Counted from the stretch's first letter, positions 8,475 through 19,406 are shown. The stretch is DNA of 64,000 nucleotides from Candidatus Poseidoniaceae archaeon (GCA_049598575.1 JBMYNT010000003.1:1155-65154), one strand, 5' to 3'. Translations and numbers: made by a program. The notes: generated by a model from the sequence alone, not told the origin.

Positions 8475-10484
8475 TTATTCTTCTTCTGTTGTGAAGACGT
8501 TCTCTTCGTTCCCTTTCATCGATACGATGATGAGAATGTAGGCTGCAATAACGCCCACAATCAGCAACAATGGGAGAGAGATAGAGTCCTCCGATGAGCC
8601 TTCTTTGTCATCAACAAGTTGCGAATCACTCGTATTGTTGGTTTGTTTGATTTCTTCTTCCGGCCAGTCAATTCCGATACGAACAATATGGATATCACCA
8701 TTCACATTTGTTGATTCGATATGAATGAGATTGACAGGTTCCTCGATCTTAATTGAAAACTCATCATCGGACATGGAGGCTGAAGACCAGAATGGATTTG
8801 TGTTCAGAGCATCGGTCCATCGAATGGTTGAATTTGTCTGAGAATGTGTAAACTGAAGCGTGAAAGTGTCGTTCGTTTGTGATTGAAGAGTTACCCAATC
8901 CCCATTCCTCAGTGATCGATTTTCATCTGTTAAATGAAGCATGAATTCGGGTAAATCAACACGCTCGATTGCACTCGAATCGTTGGTTGTTGCAGGATTA
9001 TTGGATTGTTCTTCGGGTGCAAAGAAGACAGCATTCTGTCCAAGAAGAATACGATCATCACGATGGGATCCTGGTGATGCACCCCAAGTGCCTTCCAACG
9101 TCAAGGCGTACCAAGCCTCGCCCAGTTCCCCAAAGGTCATGTGATGCTCAAGCGTTTTCGGGTTCAATCGCGTAAGTTCTTCCCAAGCAGGTGTCATATC
9201 TGGGTTGGGAGAAGTTGACGTCCAGAGAATTGCATCTCCACTGATGAAGCGTGCATCGAGTTCCCACTCAAAGTGAAGTGTAGCATTATCTTGTTCAATA
9301 AGTAATTCAGAAATTGAAATGGGTACATTCCTCTCGAGGATTGGTCCGACCTTCCCCGAAACATCGAACTGATCAATCTGAGCATTGCCTCGAGTGTCAA
9401 CGAGTCCGATGGCATAGTGGGATGTTAACATCCAATCATCGGACAGCTGGTGAATAAACTCTACACTCGTTGTGTCCAATTCAGCGAGAACTTGAACGCC
9501 ACTCTGCTCGAATGATACGATTGGGCTCGTGGCATGGTAAACTCGAATCTTAGCGATGTCCGATTGCGTCACTTCGCTCCATTGCAAAACTGTTTGAGAT
9601 TCACTTGAATTGAATTGTGCGATCAACGAACCACCGTATCTTGGAGCTTGGTTGTCTTCAATAATTGGTGCAGTGAGGCTGTTCGCACTGTGCAAGCGCG
9701 TATCTTCACGTGCAGGATAACATCCAAAGTCATCGCAATATGGAGGATAGAAACATGTCAATGTGTAGTAGACTTCACGATCGATGGATTGGTTTGTCCA
9801 ATCGAGCGTAAATTGCGATGATGTCGCAGGTATGAAATTTGTAACAAGCGTTTTGTCCATACCATCCCATGATGATTTTGTCGCAGGCACGGAATGTTCG
9901 TACAACGAGTGATAGAAATTATTGCCAGCACACGCTGGTCTCCATGTGAATACAGTAGATTGATTGGTTACGTCGTACTGCGCTGCGAATAGTTCGGGCG
10001 CAACTGAGTCAGGGACCACCTCCCGGTGACCTCCTGGAATCTGAGACAATCCGACATTCACTGCCTCAGTTCGCGTCCCATCACGGAGAACAGTTACAAC
10101 TGCGTAGGAAACTTCTCGTGACGTTCCCGGTGCAGGCTCATAGACGAACGTATGCCCTTTTCCTGAACAATCCTCATTCAAGTCGTTCATGTAGCAAGCA
10201 GGAATGTCTTCTGCGACCATGGTTTCAGGCGTAATGGCATTGGCAAAGAACCGCCCGTTTTCGATGCGGTGTACTTCATACGTTGCCATCTTCAACTGAT
10301 CAAGAAGCAACCCATCGGTCGTCTCAATGTTTCTCCATTGTAAAATGGTTGATTCCGAATCTGGGAAGAACTCTGCCCATGTTTCACGCGCTTCCAAAGT
10401 CTCATCCTCTTCTTCAGCGGCGACTGATTGCAAAGGAAATGCGAGTAGAAGGACAAGAACGAGGGCAAAGACTTGCGTTCTCAT
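8475..10484 (-). CDS. Secreted, C-terminally anchored cell-surface glycoprotein with fibronectin-III-like repeats (S-layer/surface protein candidate)
   Basis: Signal peptide MRTQVFALVLVLLLAFPLQSVAA. Recurring roughly 100-aa modules are marked by TILQW/TVFTW/TVLQW/LHFEW/FTLQF. There are many N-x-S/T sequons, and a C-terminal TM helix LPLLLIVGVIAAYILIIV with a short tail. The protein is very acidic. Confidence 0.55.
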   Translation of the reverse strand: MRTQVFALVLVLLLAFPLQSVAAEEEDETLEARETWAEFFPDSESTILQWRNIETTDGLLLDQLKMATYEVHRIENGRFFANAITPETMVAEDIPACYMNDLNEDCSGKGHTFVYEPAPGTSREVSYAVVTVLRDGTRTEAVNVGLSQIPGGHREVVPDSVAPELFAAQYDVTNQSTVFTWRPACAGNNFYHSLYEHSVPATKSSWDGMDKTLVTNFIPATSSQFTLDWTNQSIDREVYYTLTCFYPPYCDDFGCYPAREDTRLHSANSLTAPIIEDNQAPRYGGSLIAQFNSSESQTVLQWSEVTQSDIAKIRVYHATSPIVSFEQSGVQVLAELDTTSVEFIHQLSDDWMLTSHYAIGLVDTRGNAQIDQFDVSGKVGPILERNVPISISELLIEQDNATLHFEWELDARFISGDAILWTSTSPNPDMTPAWEELTRLNPKTLEHHMTFGELGEAWYALTLEGTWGASPGSHRDDRILLGQNAVFFAPEEQSNNPATTNDSSAIERVDLPEFMLHLTDENRSLRNGDWVTLQSQTNDTFTLQFTHSQTNSTIRWTDALNTNPFWSSASMSDDEFSIKIEEPVNLIHIESTNVNGDIHIVRIGIDWPEEEIKQTNNTSDSQLVDDKEGSSEDSISLPLLLIVGVIAAYILIIVSMKGNEENVFTTEEE

Positions 10485-10538
10485 AACAACGAGTTACACA
10501 GCACCCATTATCAGCGTGTCGCATTGTTGATGATACAT

Positions 10539-12038
10539 CTAATCGATGAAGCCCAGCGTATCATCCAACATGTTGAGTGCATCATCAAGATCAGGCAATT
10601 CCTCAGGAGCCTCACCAGTGCTCTGGTGAACATCCTGAACTGGAGCAATGGATTCAGGAAGTGGCCCGTCGTTGGACAACCAGTCTTTCCACAATTGGCT
10701 TCGTCCTTGGCGACGAGCATCCATGGTCATCCACAGGGCTTCAAGGCGCTCTGGTTTGAGTAGTGGAAGATGTTTTGCAAAACGTTGTGGATGGATTTCA
10801 TCCATACGCATGAGTAATTCTCGCAGACGGATTTGGACGACTTCATCACCATCGTTCCATAAAGATGGGATGATTTCTCGAACATCGTCTGGATAGGCCT
10901 CAACGTAATCGCGTAGACTGAGTACGATGTTTCTTCGGACGATAGGAACTTCATGTTCAAGCAAAGAGGCGAGACGGTCTGCCCAAACGTCTTCATCGAG
11001 GAATTTCAAATCACCAACCGTTGCAGAGGCTGCTGCGAGAACGCTTTCATCCTCGTCCTTCAACATCTCATCAAGGAATGGTACGGCTTCCCAACCGGTT
11101 CGTCGGAACATTCGTGTCAAAACATCTGCCATGCCACGTCGAAGGAGCAATTCTTCACGCTCATGTAGGATTTTTGCAACGTGAAGTCCTTGTTCCTGAT
11201 CGTACTCAAGGAGTCGGGCGAGACAGAGAATGACCTTGGAGGCAACTTCTTGGTGTTCATCTTCAGCTCTTCGGACTAGTATGTTCACCAATCCGAGTGG
11301 TTCGATCAACGCGGGCCGCTCCAAGAGAAGTTTGACCCACTCCATCAGCAACAGCCGCCGGTCCAAATCATCGTTTTCCAAACAATTCAGTAGCCACGTA
11401 GCAGCCTCGACACCCGCATCATGCGCAACGACAGATGTCGTTCTTGGGACAACAGCATTCGGATTCCATCCCAAGTTCTGTGGCCCATCCTCGGGTTGTG
11501 TGTGCCAGGTACCAGGGCGTTCAGCTAGCGCAATGGATTCGACCAAATGATAGCCTTGGTGAACGGGTTGGCCGTATGGAGTCGAAGCAAGTCCATTGAC
11601 GAGGGCAACGGCAAGCCACCATCGATCGGTATTCGGAGCGCTCGGGTCAAAGGCTTGAGCCAACCAATCGGTTGCGATGCAGAACAGCATGCGTTGTGCC
11701 ACATCATCGGTACGACGTCCCAACCATTTTTGGTGGACTTCGAACGGATCATCGCTCAGATTCATTCGATGAGGCACGATGAGATCGACAATCGTCGAAA
11801 GGTGTCGATCGAACATACCAACATCAGCATGCAACATGGAGAGACCTTGTGAAATCAAATCTTGATCACGTTCTGGACTTCGAGGAGGGAAGTCTGGGTC
11901 CGTGATAGGGGGAGATGGAAGAGGCCATACTTTGGTCCCATCCTCGAGGGCTTGAACCAACTTCGTAGCAACAACCTCAAACGTTGCTTTCGCAATCGTA
12001 TCACGGCTCTTACTCATGAAGAACCCTCCTTTCCTCAA
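10539..12038 (-). CDS. HEAT/ARM-repeat protein, hypothetical
   Basis: Repeated about 35-40-aa helical units (…[12 protein letters not shown]…, …[15 protein letters not shown]…, …[13 protein letters not shown]…). Its start codon overlaps the tfb stop by 4 nt (ATGA). Confidence 0.5.
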   Translation of the reverse strand: MRKGGFFMSKSRDTIAKATFEVVATKLVQALEDGTKVWPLPSPPITDPDFPPRSPERDQDLISQGLSMLHADVGMFDRHLSTIVDLIVPHRMNLSDDPFEVHQKWLGRRTDDVAQRMLFCIATDWLAQAFDPSAPNTDRWWLAVALVNGLASTPYGQPVHQGYHLVESIALAERPGTWHTQPEDGPQNLGWNPNAVVPRTTSVVAHDAGVEAATWLLNCLENDDLDRRLLLMEWVKLLLERPALIEPLGLVNILVRRAEDEHQEVASKVILCLARLLEYDQEQGLHVAKILHEREELLLRRGMADVLTRMFRRTGWEAVPFLDEMLKDEDESVLAAASATVGDLKFLDEDVWADRLASLLEHEVPIVRRNIVLSLRDYVEAYPDDVREIIPSLWNDGDEVVQIRLRELLMRMDEIHPQRFAKHLPLLKPERLEALWMTMDARRQGRSQLWKDWLSNDGPLPESIAPVQDVHQSTGEAPEELPDLDDALNMLDDTLGFID

Positions 12039-12961
12039 ATGTCCAATTCAATGTTGAGGTTTTGAATCAGTTCCTTGTACCGGTTTCGGATGGTAACTTC
12101 GGTGACACCAGCGACTTCAGCAACTTCTCGTTGTGTACGACGCTTTCCGCAAAGAACGGATGCGATGTAAATAATCGAAGCAGCGATACCGGTTGGTCCA
12201 CGACCGCTGGTCAATTCCTTTTCTTGAGCAGCCTTGATCAATTCGTAGGCCTTTGCTTCGACTTCAGAATCCAATCCTAGGCCAGAGCAGAATCGAGAGA
12301 TGTAGTCCTCAGGTCCGGTTGGCATGATTTTCATTTTTAATTCGCGGACCATGAAACGGTATGTACGTCCAATTTCCTTTCGTCCGGTTCGGGACGCTTG
12401 GCCAATTTCATCGAGTGTTCGAGGCACACCACATTGACGGCATGCAGCATAGAGTGATGCTGCAGCTACACCTTCAATCGATCGTCCGCGAATGAGACGC
12501 TTGTCGACGGCTTTCTTGTAATTGACAGCGGCTGCTTCACGGACCGTCTTGGGTAATTCAAGGCGGCTTGCCATTCGGTCAAGCTCAGCCAATGCCATAG
12601 CAAGGTTGCGCTCGGTCGCATTGCTGACACGACTACGCTTCTGCCACTTTCGCATTCGGTAGAATTGAGAACGGTAACGGGAATTAATGGTTTTTCCAGA
12701 GTAATCCTTGTTTTGCCAATCGATATCGGTCGAGAGACCCTTGTCGTGAAGCATGACCGTCATTGGGGCACCAGTACGAGCCCTTTGATCGCCTTGTTCA
12801 GGAGAGAATACTCGCCATTCTGCACCTTGATCGATAACGTTGTCTTCCAAAACAAGTCCGCAGTCGTCACAGGTGACTTCTCCACGGGTCTCGTCTCTCG
12901 TTAGGCTTCGTCCGCCACATTCTTGGCACTTTACAATATCTTCAACTTGCTGATCATCCAT
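12035..12961 (-). CDS. tfb: Transcription initiation factor IIB
   Basis: N-terminal Zn ribbon CQECGG…CDDCG, followed by two cyclin-fold repeats (…[14 protein letters not shown]…, …[16 protein letters not shown]…). 308 aa. Confidence 0.9.
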   Translation of the reverse strand: MDDQQVEDIVKCQECGGRSLTRDETRGEVTCDDCGLVLEDNVIDQGAEWRVFSPEQGDQRARTGAPMTVMLHDKGLSTDIDWQNKDYSGKTINSRYRSQFYRMRKWQKRSRVSNATERNLAMALAELDRMASRLELPKTVREAAAVNYKKAVDKRLIRGRSIEGVAAASLYAACRQCGVPRTLDEIGQASRTGRKEIGRTYRFMVRELKMKIMPTGPEDYISRFCSGLGLDSEVEAKAYELIKAAQEKELTSGRGPTGIAASIIYIASVLCGKRRTQREVAEVAGVTEVTIRNRYKELIQNLNIELDI

Positions 12962-13069
12962 AACATCTCACCTCATGAATATTGAGAAATAGATATATCA
13001 ACGATTGGTATGGTATTTTTAAACCTTATCGTTCGTTATTTTTGTGGAGTATGAGAGTAGGGCAGCGAA
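12962..13069. promoter_or_regulatory. AT-rich divergent intergenic region between tfb (-) and aconitase-family gene (+); likely promoters
   Basis: TATA-like elements are present on both strands (TTTAAAAATA and GATATATC on the minus-strand reading; AGATATATCA on the plus strand). Confidence 0.35.
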
Positions 13070-15097
13070 TTGGTTAAACCTCAATGGCTTGTGAGTAGAT
13101 TGGGGATGAATATGCAGGGAATGCCAGATTCGATTTCGCTCACACCCGGCAAGCGGGTTCTCTTCCTCACCAAAGACCTCGATTTGATTCGTCAGCAGTT
13201 GTACGAAGGCCTCGATTTGCGAATGGAGGACCTGCGTGTGGAGGACCTCCTCGATGACATCAATACCGATGTTATGACACCAGCATGGGTTTGTTTTGAT
13301 CACGAACCAGCCATGATTGCAAAAAACGCATACGCTGGATTGATGCAAAACGGACTTCGCGTGTTCAACGAGAATGCTCTGATCAATGGAAATTTCGAAG
13401 TCATCGTCTCCGGTCAGAGAAAGGGCACTGGATCTAGTCGTGAGACGGCAGCACAGTGCGAGCGATGGGCAGGTATCCGAATCGTTATCGCAGCTTCCTT
13501 CGCTCCGATTCATGAACGGAACAACATCAATCTCGGTCAACTTATGGGCGATCACGCAATGTTGGAACGTTTGCAAAACGGTGAATCCTTGCCATTAAGC
13601 GAGTTCACGTCACAATACGATGATGTTACGGCACTCATCCTCGAGTCAGGAGGTCTGTTCGAATTTTCCAAGCGTCTCAGCAATGGTGAAATCGAACTAC
13701 CTAAACTGTCGACGGAACAACACCCAATGACAATGGCTGAGAAAATCATCGCGCGTAATCTCGTTGGCCAACCAGAAGGCGCATGTGTCAAGCCTGATGA
13801 TCCGGTGATTGCTCAGGTCCAAGGCGGCTATTCTCACGAATTTACAACGGCACAAGTCCACACGTTCCTTCAGGAAACGTATGGAGAGGATTACCAATTG
13901 GCAAATCCGCAAAAATTTGGCGTTTTTGAGGACCACTTGTTGTATGCACATCACAATCCAAAATTTGTACCGTTCATGCACAAAGTCGAGACCCTACGTG
14001 AATTGCAGAAGGTCTTCCAAGATCACACTGGGGTGCGTGATTACTCGGCAGTCGACGGAGTATCGCCCGGCATCTGCCATCAAGTAGCACGCGAGGAGTT
14101 CATCGAAGTCTCCGATTTCATTCAAGCAACAGACTCGCACACCTGCATGGGCGGTGCATCAAATGCACTCACTTGGGGCGTTGGGGCCACCGAATACGCC
14201 AACCTTGTTTCTGCAGGATTCACCTTTGTCAAGGTTCCAGAATCAATTCGATTCGAATTATCAGGATCGCTCAATGAAGGATGTACGGCAAAGGACGTTA
14301 TTCTGCACATTCTCGCAGACCATGCTCGAAAAGAACTGACGTTGAATCGTTCCATGGAATTCGGCGGCCCTGGTCTTCAGTCACTGTCCGCTGACGAGCG
14401 TGCAACATTGTGCAACATGGCAACAGAGTGTTCGGCTCGAACCGGCATCTGTGAAGCAGATGACATTCTCTACGATTGGATGGAGGCACAAATGCCTCAC
14501 TTGAACATGGACGAGCAGCGCCAAAGAGCCGTCGCTCCAGACGAAGGTGCACACTATCACGGAGGCGTTCATCACATCGATTTGTCTTCCATTCGACCAA
14601 TGGTTGCACATCCTGGAAATCCTGACGAGGGTATCCCGAGCGACCCGACCAATGGCGCATACATCGATGAAATCGGTGATGTAGCCATCGATATTGCATA
14701 CGGAGGATCGTGCACTGCAGGGAAGATCGATGACATTGCATACTATGCCAAAGTCTGCCAAGCTGCAAAGGATCAGGGCCTATCGGTCAAGGAAGGTGTT
14801 GATTTTTACATTCAATACGGATCCGGGATTGTCAAGGATGTTGCCGTTTCGAAGGGTTGGCACCAGTTGTTCCTCGATGTTGGCGTGAAACTCATCGATC
14901 CTGGTTGCGGCGCTTGCATCGGAGCAGGCCCTGGCGTGTCTATGACGCCAGACCAAGTCACCGTTTCTGCCATCAACAGAAATTTTCAAGGCCGCTCTGG
15001 CCCTGGAAAACTGTACCTTGCTAGCCCTCTCACCGTAGCGATGAGTGCGTTCAGTGGAACAATTCGATCCTGGAAAACAGAAAGCATCGGACATTGA
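13070..15097 (+). CDS. Aconitase / 3-isopropylmalate dehydratase superfamily hydro-lyase with N-terminal swivel (LeuD-like) domain
   Basis: N-terminal swivel signature VIVSGQRKGTGSSRETAAQCERWAGIRIVIAASFAPIHERNNINLGQL. Catalytic motifs DSHTCMGGASNALTWGVGATE, GGSCTAG and DPGCGACIG conserve the three Cys that ligate the 4Fe-4S cluster. Confidence 0.75.
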   Translation: MVKPQWLVSRLGMNMQGMPDSISLTPGKRVLFLTKDLDLIRQQLYEGLDLRMEDLRVEDLLDDINTDVMTPAWVCFDHEPAMIAKNAYAGLMQNGLRVFNENALINGNFEVIVSGQRKGTGSSRETAAQCERWAGIRIVIAASFAPIHERNNINLGQLMGDHAMLERLQNGESLPLSEFTSQYDDVTALILESGGLFEFSKRLSNGEIELPKLSTEQHPMTMAEKIIARNLVGQPEGACVKPDDPVIAQVQGGYSHEFTTAQVHTFLQETYGEDYQLANPQKFGVFEDHLLYAHHNPKFVPFMHKVETLRELQKVFQDHTGVRDYSAVDGVSPGICHQVAREEFIEVSDFIQATDSHTCMGGASNALTWGVGATEYANLVSAGFTFVKVPESIRFELSGSLNEGCTAKDVILHILADHARKELTLNRSMEFGGPGLQSLSADERATLCNMATECSARTGICEADDILYDWMEAQMPHLNMDEQRQRAVAPDEGAHYHGGVHHIDLSSIRPMVAHPGNPDEGIPSDPTNGAYIDEIGDVAIDIAYGGSCTAGKIDDIAYYAKVCQAAKDQGLSVKEGVDFYIQYGSGIVKDVAVSKGWHQLFLDVGVKLIDPGCGACIGAGPGVSMTPDQVTVSAINRNFQGRSGPGKLYLASPLTVAMSAFSGTIRSWKTESIGH

Positions 15098-15234
15098 GGA
15101 TTTTTGCCTCAACGTTTCAATTTCGTCCGAAATATGAAGTAGCCTCGCCAATCGACTGCTGTTACCTGCTGGCCCGAAGTCTTGGACGGAGGAGGACCTG
15201 GGGTGGATGTGTCGAATTGAGTATTGCAGAAAAG

Positions 15235-17280
15235 ATGGCAGCGAACCAAAAGCAAGTCGCAATTTCAGAATTTTTTGAAAAGAACAAGCATTTCCTTGGG
15301 TTTGATACGCTCAATCGGGCCCTCATCACAGCCGTTAAGGAGGCGGTGGACAACGCACTCGACGCCTGTGAGGAAGCCCGGATTTTGCCCGATATTGTCG
15401 TCAAAATTACCAAACTGGACAACAAGAAAGACATTCTTCAACTCGAAGTTGAAGACAATGGCCCAGGCATTCCTAGAGCCAGCATTGAGAAAGTGTTTGG
15501 GCAACTTCTGTTCGGTTCCCGATTCCATGCCATCCGCCAATCAAGAGGTCAACAGGGTATCGGAATTACCGGTGTTGTGATGTATTCGCAACTGACCACT
15601 GGCGATCCAACGCACGTTGAATCAAAGATTGCCAAAGAAGCGACTGCAGTTTCGGTTGATATTGGCCTTGATACCAGAAAGAACAAGGCCATCAAATCCA
15701 ATCAAGATCGAATTGATTGGGGGGACAAAGCCCACGGCCTAAAGGTCAAAACCAAGATGAAAGCAAAATATCAACGCGGTCGACAATCGGTTTGGCAGTA
15801 CCTTCGAATGACGAGCATCGTCAACCCTCATGCAGACATTCTCTTCATCGACCCTGATGGTGAAAAACATCACTGGCAACGCGTTACAGAACGTCTTCCA
15901 GGGCGTGTTGAAGCCATCAAACCGCATCCAAATGGAATTGAATTGGGTCAACTCCAACGCCTTTGTTCGGAATCCTCGGAATCGAGAATGACAACGTTTC
16001 TTCGACGCACATTTTCCGGAGTTTCTGGCCGTGCCGCAAAAGAACTGTGCGAAGTCTCCGAATTGGAAGAGAAATTGAAACCGAAATCGCTCAATCCTGA
16101 GCAAGTCCGTGCACTTCTCGAAGCTTTCCAAGGCGAGCGATTGTTGAAAGGGAAACCCGTAAAATTGCTCAATCCCCCAACATCGTGTTTGTCACCAATT
16201 GAGGAATTGCTCATCAAGAAAGGGCTCTCCAAAACCATCGATTCGAAATTCGTCACAACAATGACTCGCGCTCCAAGCGTAACCCAAGGGAATCCATTCC
16301 AAGTCGAAGTCGGTTTGATCTTTGGAGAAGGCATGGCAGCAGACAAACCTGTTGAGATTTTACGGTTCGCTAATCGCGTTCCTTTGATGTACCAGCAAGG
16401 AGGTTGTTTGCTGACCAAGGCCATTGAAAGCGTCGACTGGCGACAATACGGGTTGGATCAAGCAGGAGGGCGAGGCGTTCCAAAAGGTCCTGCAGCCATT
16501 CTTGTTCACCTTGCGAGCACCAACGTTCAATTCACATCGGAAGCAAAGGAAGCATTATCGGACAACGAAACGGTCATGGAAGAGGCACGAAAGGCCATGC
16601 TCGAAATGGGACGTGGTCTTCGTAAGCACTTGGAGAAGCAGAAAAAGATGGGTAAGACAAAAGAAAAATTCGAACTCATCAACGATATTATTCCTGCTAT
16701 TGCTGAGAAATCAGCTTCATTGCTCGAATTACCTGTTCCCGACCTTGCTGGATCGATTACCAAAATTATGTCCGCAGTTATTGCAGAGACAACGACAACA
16801 TGGAACAAAGAAACCAAGCAAACCGATGTCCACATCACCCTCTACAACTACACCTCTCGAGCGCGTTCGTACACGATGCTTGTCAATTGGCCAGAACGTC
16901 AAGGTGCGACCATGATCGGTAACGAACTCGGCGGCCGAAAAGAAGCCATGGGCGTGTGGGCATGGAAACTTGAAACACTGCAACCAGGCTCCCGCACCGT
17001 GATTACCTACAGTCTTGATGGGCTCGAAAAGGGAGATTGGAATGAAACCGACGTGTTCTATCGAGGTTCACAAGAAGTGATTGGTGCAACAAAGATGGAC
17101 GAGAAACTCCTAGAAGAAATTCGACGCCAAGAAGAAGCCCTCAATGCTCCACCGTCTGAAGACGAGGCGGAAGAAGAGGAAAGTGCAGAAGAGACTCTCG
17201 AAACAGAGACAGTGGAAGCCGAACCAGCTGCTCCCACCGGTGATACGAAACAGACAACCCTTTTCGGAGGTGATTACTGA
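15235..17280 (+). CDS. top6B: DNA topoisomerase VI subunit B
   Basis: GHKL ATPase motifs EAVDNALDA, VEDNGPGIP and GQQGIGITGV, plus a transducer domain. Start set at MAANQ (15235); the ORF computed from 15094 has a non-conserved leader. Confidence 0.9.
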   Translation: MAANQKQVAISEFFEKNKHFLGFDTLNRALITAVKEAVDNALDACEEARILPDIVVKITKLDNKKDILQLEVEDNGPGIPRASIEKVFGQLLFGSRFHAIRQSRGQQGIGITGVVMYSQLTTGDPTHVESKIAKEATAVSVDIGLDTRKNKAIKSNQDRIDWGDKAHGLKVKTKMKAKYQRGRQSVWQYLRMTSIVNPHADILFIDPDGEKHHWQRVTERLPGRVEAIKPHPNGIELGQLQRLCSESSESRMTTFLRRTFSGVSGRAAKELCEVSELEEKLKPKSLNPEQVRALLEAFQGERLLKGKPVKLLNPPTSCLSPIEELLIKKGLSKTIDSKFVTTMTRAPSVTQGNPFQVEVGLIFGEGMAADKPVEILRFANRVPLMYQQGGCLLTKAIESVDWRQYGLDQAGGRGVPKGPAAILVHLASTNVQFTSEAKEALSDNETVMEEARKAMLEMGRGLRKHLEKQKKMGKTKEKFELINDIIPAIAEKSASLLELPVPDLAGSITKIMSAVIAETTTTWNKETKQTDVHITLYNYTSRARSYTMLVNWPERQGATMIGNELGGRKEAMGVWAWKLETLQPGSRTVITYSLDGLEKGDWNETDVFYRGSQEVIGATKMDEKLLEEIRRQEEALNAPPSEDEAEEEESAEETLETETVEAEPAAPTGDTKQTTLFGGDY

Positions 17281-18374
17281 TGGCTGAACGCAAATCCATT
17301 GAAGAGACAAAGACGGCATTGCATGATGTTGTTCGCGAGATGTACGATCGTATCGTGAAAGGTGACCCGCCGACAATGACACTTCCTGTCCGTACCAAGA
17401 ACAACATCGGTTTTGATCCAAAATTAGGCGTTTACAAATACGGAAAGAAACAGACGATTCGTGATGCTACAAGCCTTGGTTCTGCAAAGCAACTCCTGCG
17501 AGCACTCCACGTTATCGAATTCATCGAGAGTATGATTGATGATGGGAAATCATCAACGCTTCGTGAAATGTACTATATTTCCGAAGGCTGGGGCCTTGGA
17601 AAATTCCAATCCCAAAACGAAAGCAACAACCTTGCCGAGGATCTTGAGATTGTTACCCGATGTCTTCGTGAAGACTTCAAACTTCGACCTGAAGAAGACG
17701 GTGCCAGAATGATTGGAAATCTTACGCTTCGAGAGCGAAACCGCCGTGGAGAGTGGATGCGAATCAATGCTCGTGACGATGTTGGCGATAGTGGTTATGG
17801 GGTCCCTTACAACGTTGAAGCCGAGAAGATTGAATTCCTCGAACACGATATCAATTTCATCATGGCCATCGAGACGGGTGGTATGTTTGACCGACTTGTC
17901 GAGAATGGTTTCGATGAGGATTTCAACTGTGCCTTGTTGCACCTGAAGGGACAACCTGCACGTTCAACTCGGCGAATTATGAAGAGGATGAGTGAGGAGT
18001 GGGATCTCCCTGTTGTCGTCTTCCTCGACGGTGACCCCTGGTCGTTCCGTATCTTTGCTTCAATTGCTTATGGTGCAATCAAAACTGCGCACATTTCTGA
18101 ATACTTGGCAACGCCGACTTCAACGTACCTCGGAATTACCGCAGATGATATCCTCGCTTACGATCTACCAAGCGATGACCTCTCCAAGAAGGATATCGAA
18201 GCGCTGAACGCTGAATTGAGTGACCCGCGATTCGCTGATGGTTGGTGGCAAGAACAGATCAACATGATGTTGGAAGTTGGCAAGAAGGCTGAACAGCAAT
18301 CCTTAGCAAAATACGGTCTTGATTTCGTTACAGAGACCTATTTGCCTGAGAAACTTCAACAGCTTGGATTGTGA
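17280..18374 (+). CDS. top6A: DNA topoisomerase VI subunit A (Spo11-like)
   Basis: Winged-helix region with catalytic Tyr context REMYYISEGW, followed by a Toprim domain (…IMAIETGGMFDRL…, …VFLDGDPWSFRI…). Its ATG overlaps the top6B stop (TGATGG). Confidence 0.9.
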   Translation: MAERKSIEETKTALHDVVREMYDRIVKGDPPTMTLPVRTKNNIGFDPKLGVYKYGKKQTIRDATSLGSAKQLLRALHVIEFIESMIDDGKSSTLREMYYISEGWGLGKFQSQNESNNLAEDLEIVTRCLREDFKLRPEEDGARMIGNLTLRERNRRGEWMRINARDDVGDSGYGVPYNVEAEKIEFLEHDINFIMAIETGGMFDRLVENGFDEDFNCALLHLKGQPARSTRRIMKRMSEEWDLPVVVFLDGDPWSFRIFASIAYGAIKTAHISEYLATPTSTYLGITADDILAYDLPSDDLSKKDIEALNAELSDPRFADGWWQEQINMMLEVGKKAEQQSLAKYGLDFVTETYLPEKLQQLGL

Positions 18375-18401
18375 AAGGAAAAAGCGAGGCTTCTTTGAGG
18401 A

Positions 18402-19406
18402 GTGGCGAATCGAATGAACATGGAGAGCGGCAAAAAGAACCCGTGGCCGCTTCGTATTCTCATCGCTTCGATGGTGTGTTTTGTCATCGGGAGCATCACC
18501 ATTATTGGACAGATGGATACGCTTGGAGATGCTCTCGATCCACAGCGCAACAACATCGGCTCACTTGATGCTAGTTCTGAAGACCAGAAACTGATGAATG
18601 TCGAAGAGTCCGGTTGCTACCGAGCATACGGCGTTGAGTTCGAAGGAACTGTTACACTGTCTGAAGTCAATGGTTCGGATGTTCAAGATGAAGTTGAAGA
18701 ATCGAAATGCAAGCTCGATTGGGGTGCTATGTCTGCGGATGGAAGTGTTGAGTACACCATCCTTGGTTCGTGGGAACTGACTCAAGGAGATTATCTCATG
18801 CGCATCGATTGCGACGGAGCATGTGCAAACGAAACCGTTTGGCTTACTTCGATTGATGCAATGGAAGGCGATATTATGAACTCGCCAATGGTATACATCG
18901 GAGGATCTCTGTGTTGTCTAGGCATCTTCCTATTGCCATTAGCTGGCGTTCTGCAAGCATTTTCTCAAAACCGAAAACAGAATCTCATGATGGTCGTTGG
19001 CCCTGATGGTCAAGTCATGCCACTAACAGATCTCACATCAGATGTTGTACAAGAACAAATCAACAAAATGAATCAAGGTGCAACCGAAGGGGTTGGGTTT
19101 GACGTTCGTACGGGCGAATACATGAATTCGGACAAGAACATTTCAAACCAACAGATGGATGGTGCGCGAGATGTACAGGCAGGAAGTATGTTGACAACTG
19201 AACAGGTCTATGCACTAATGCGAGGTGATGTTGAATCGGCAACTCCACAAGAAGAGCAACATGAACAAGTTGCAGATCCATTCCCTACACCTGCAATTCG
19301 ACAGACATCAACGTCCCCGATTGTTGAGCGAACGACTGTGAACCAATCCGATCGAAAGATTCCAGTCGCGAACAACGAAGATTGGCAGTCATGGGATGAA
19401 GATTGA
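18402..19406 (+). CDS. Hypothetical membrane protein (2 TM, large acidic extracellular region)
   Basis: TM segments LRILIASMVCFVIGSITII and YIGGSLCCLGIFLLPLAGVL. No family recognised. Confidence 0.4.
   Translation: MANRMNMESGKKNPWPLRILIASMVCFVIGSITIIGQMDTLGDALDPQRNNIGSLDASSEDQKLMNVEESGCYRAYGVEFEGTVTLSEVNGSDVQDEVEESKCKLDWGAMSADGSVEYTILGSWELTQGDYLMRIDCDGACANETVWLTSIDAMEGDIMNSPMVYIGGSLCCLGIFLLPLAGVLQAFSQNRKQNLMMVVGPDGQVMPLTDLTSDVVQEQINKMNQGATEGVGFDVRTGEYMNSDKNISNQQMDGARDVQAGSMLTTEQVYALMRGDVESATPQEEQHEQVADPFPTPAIRQTSTSPIVERTTVNQSDRKIPVANNEDWQSWDED

Noticed and set aside
14298-14768. Minus-strand ORFs (156 aa, 126 aa) inside the aconitase-family gene
   Set aside because: Antisense to a conserved CDS; Cys/His-rich composition is an artefact of the complementary strand.
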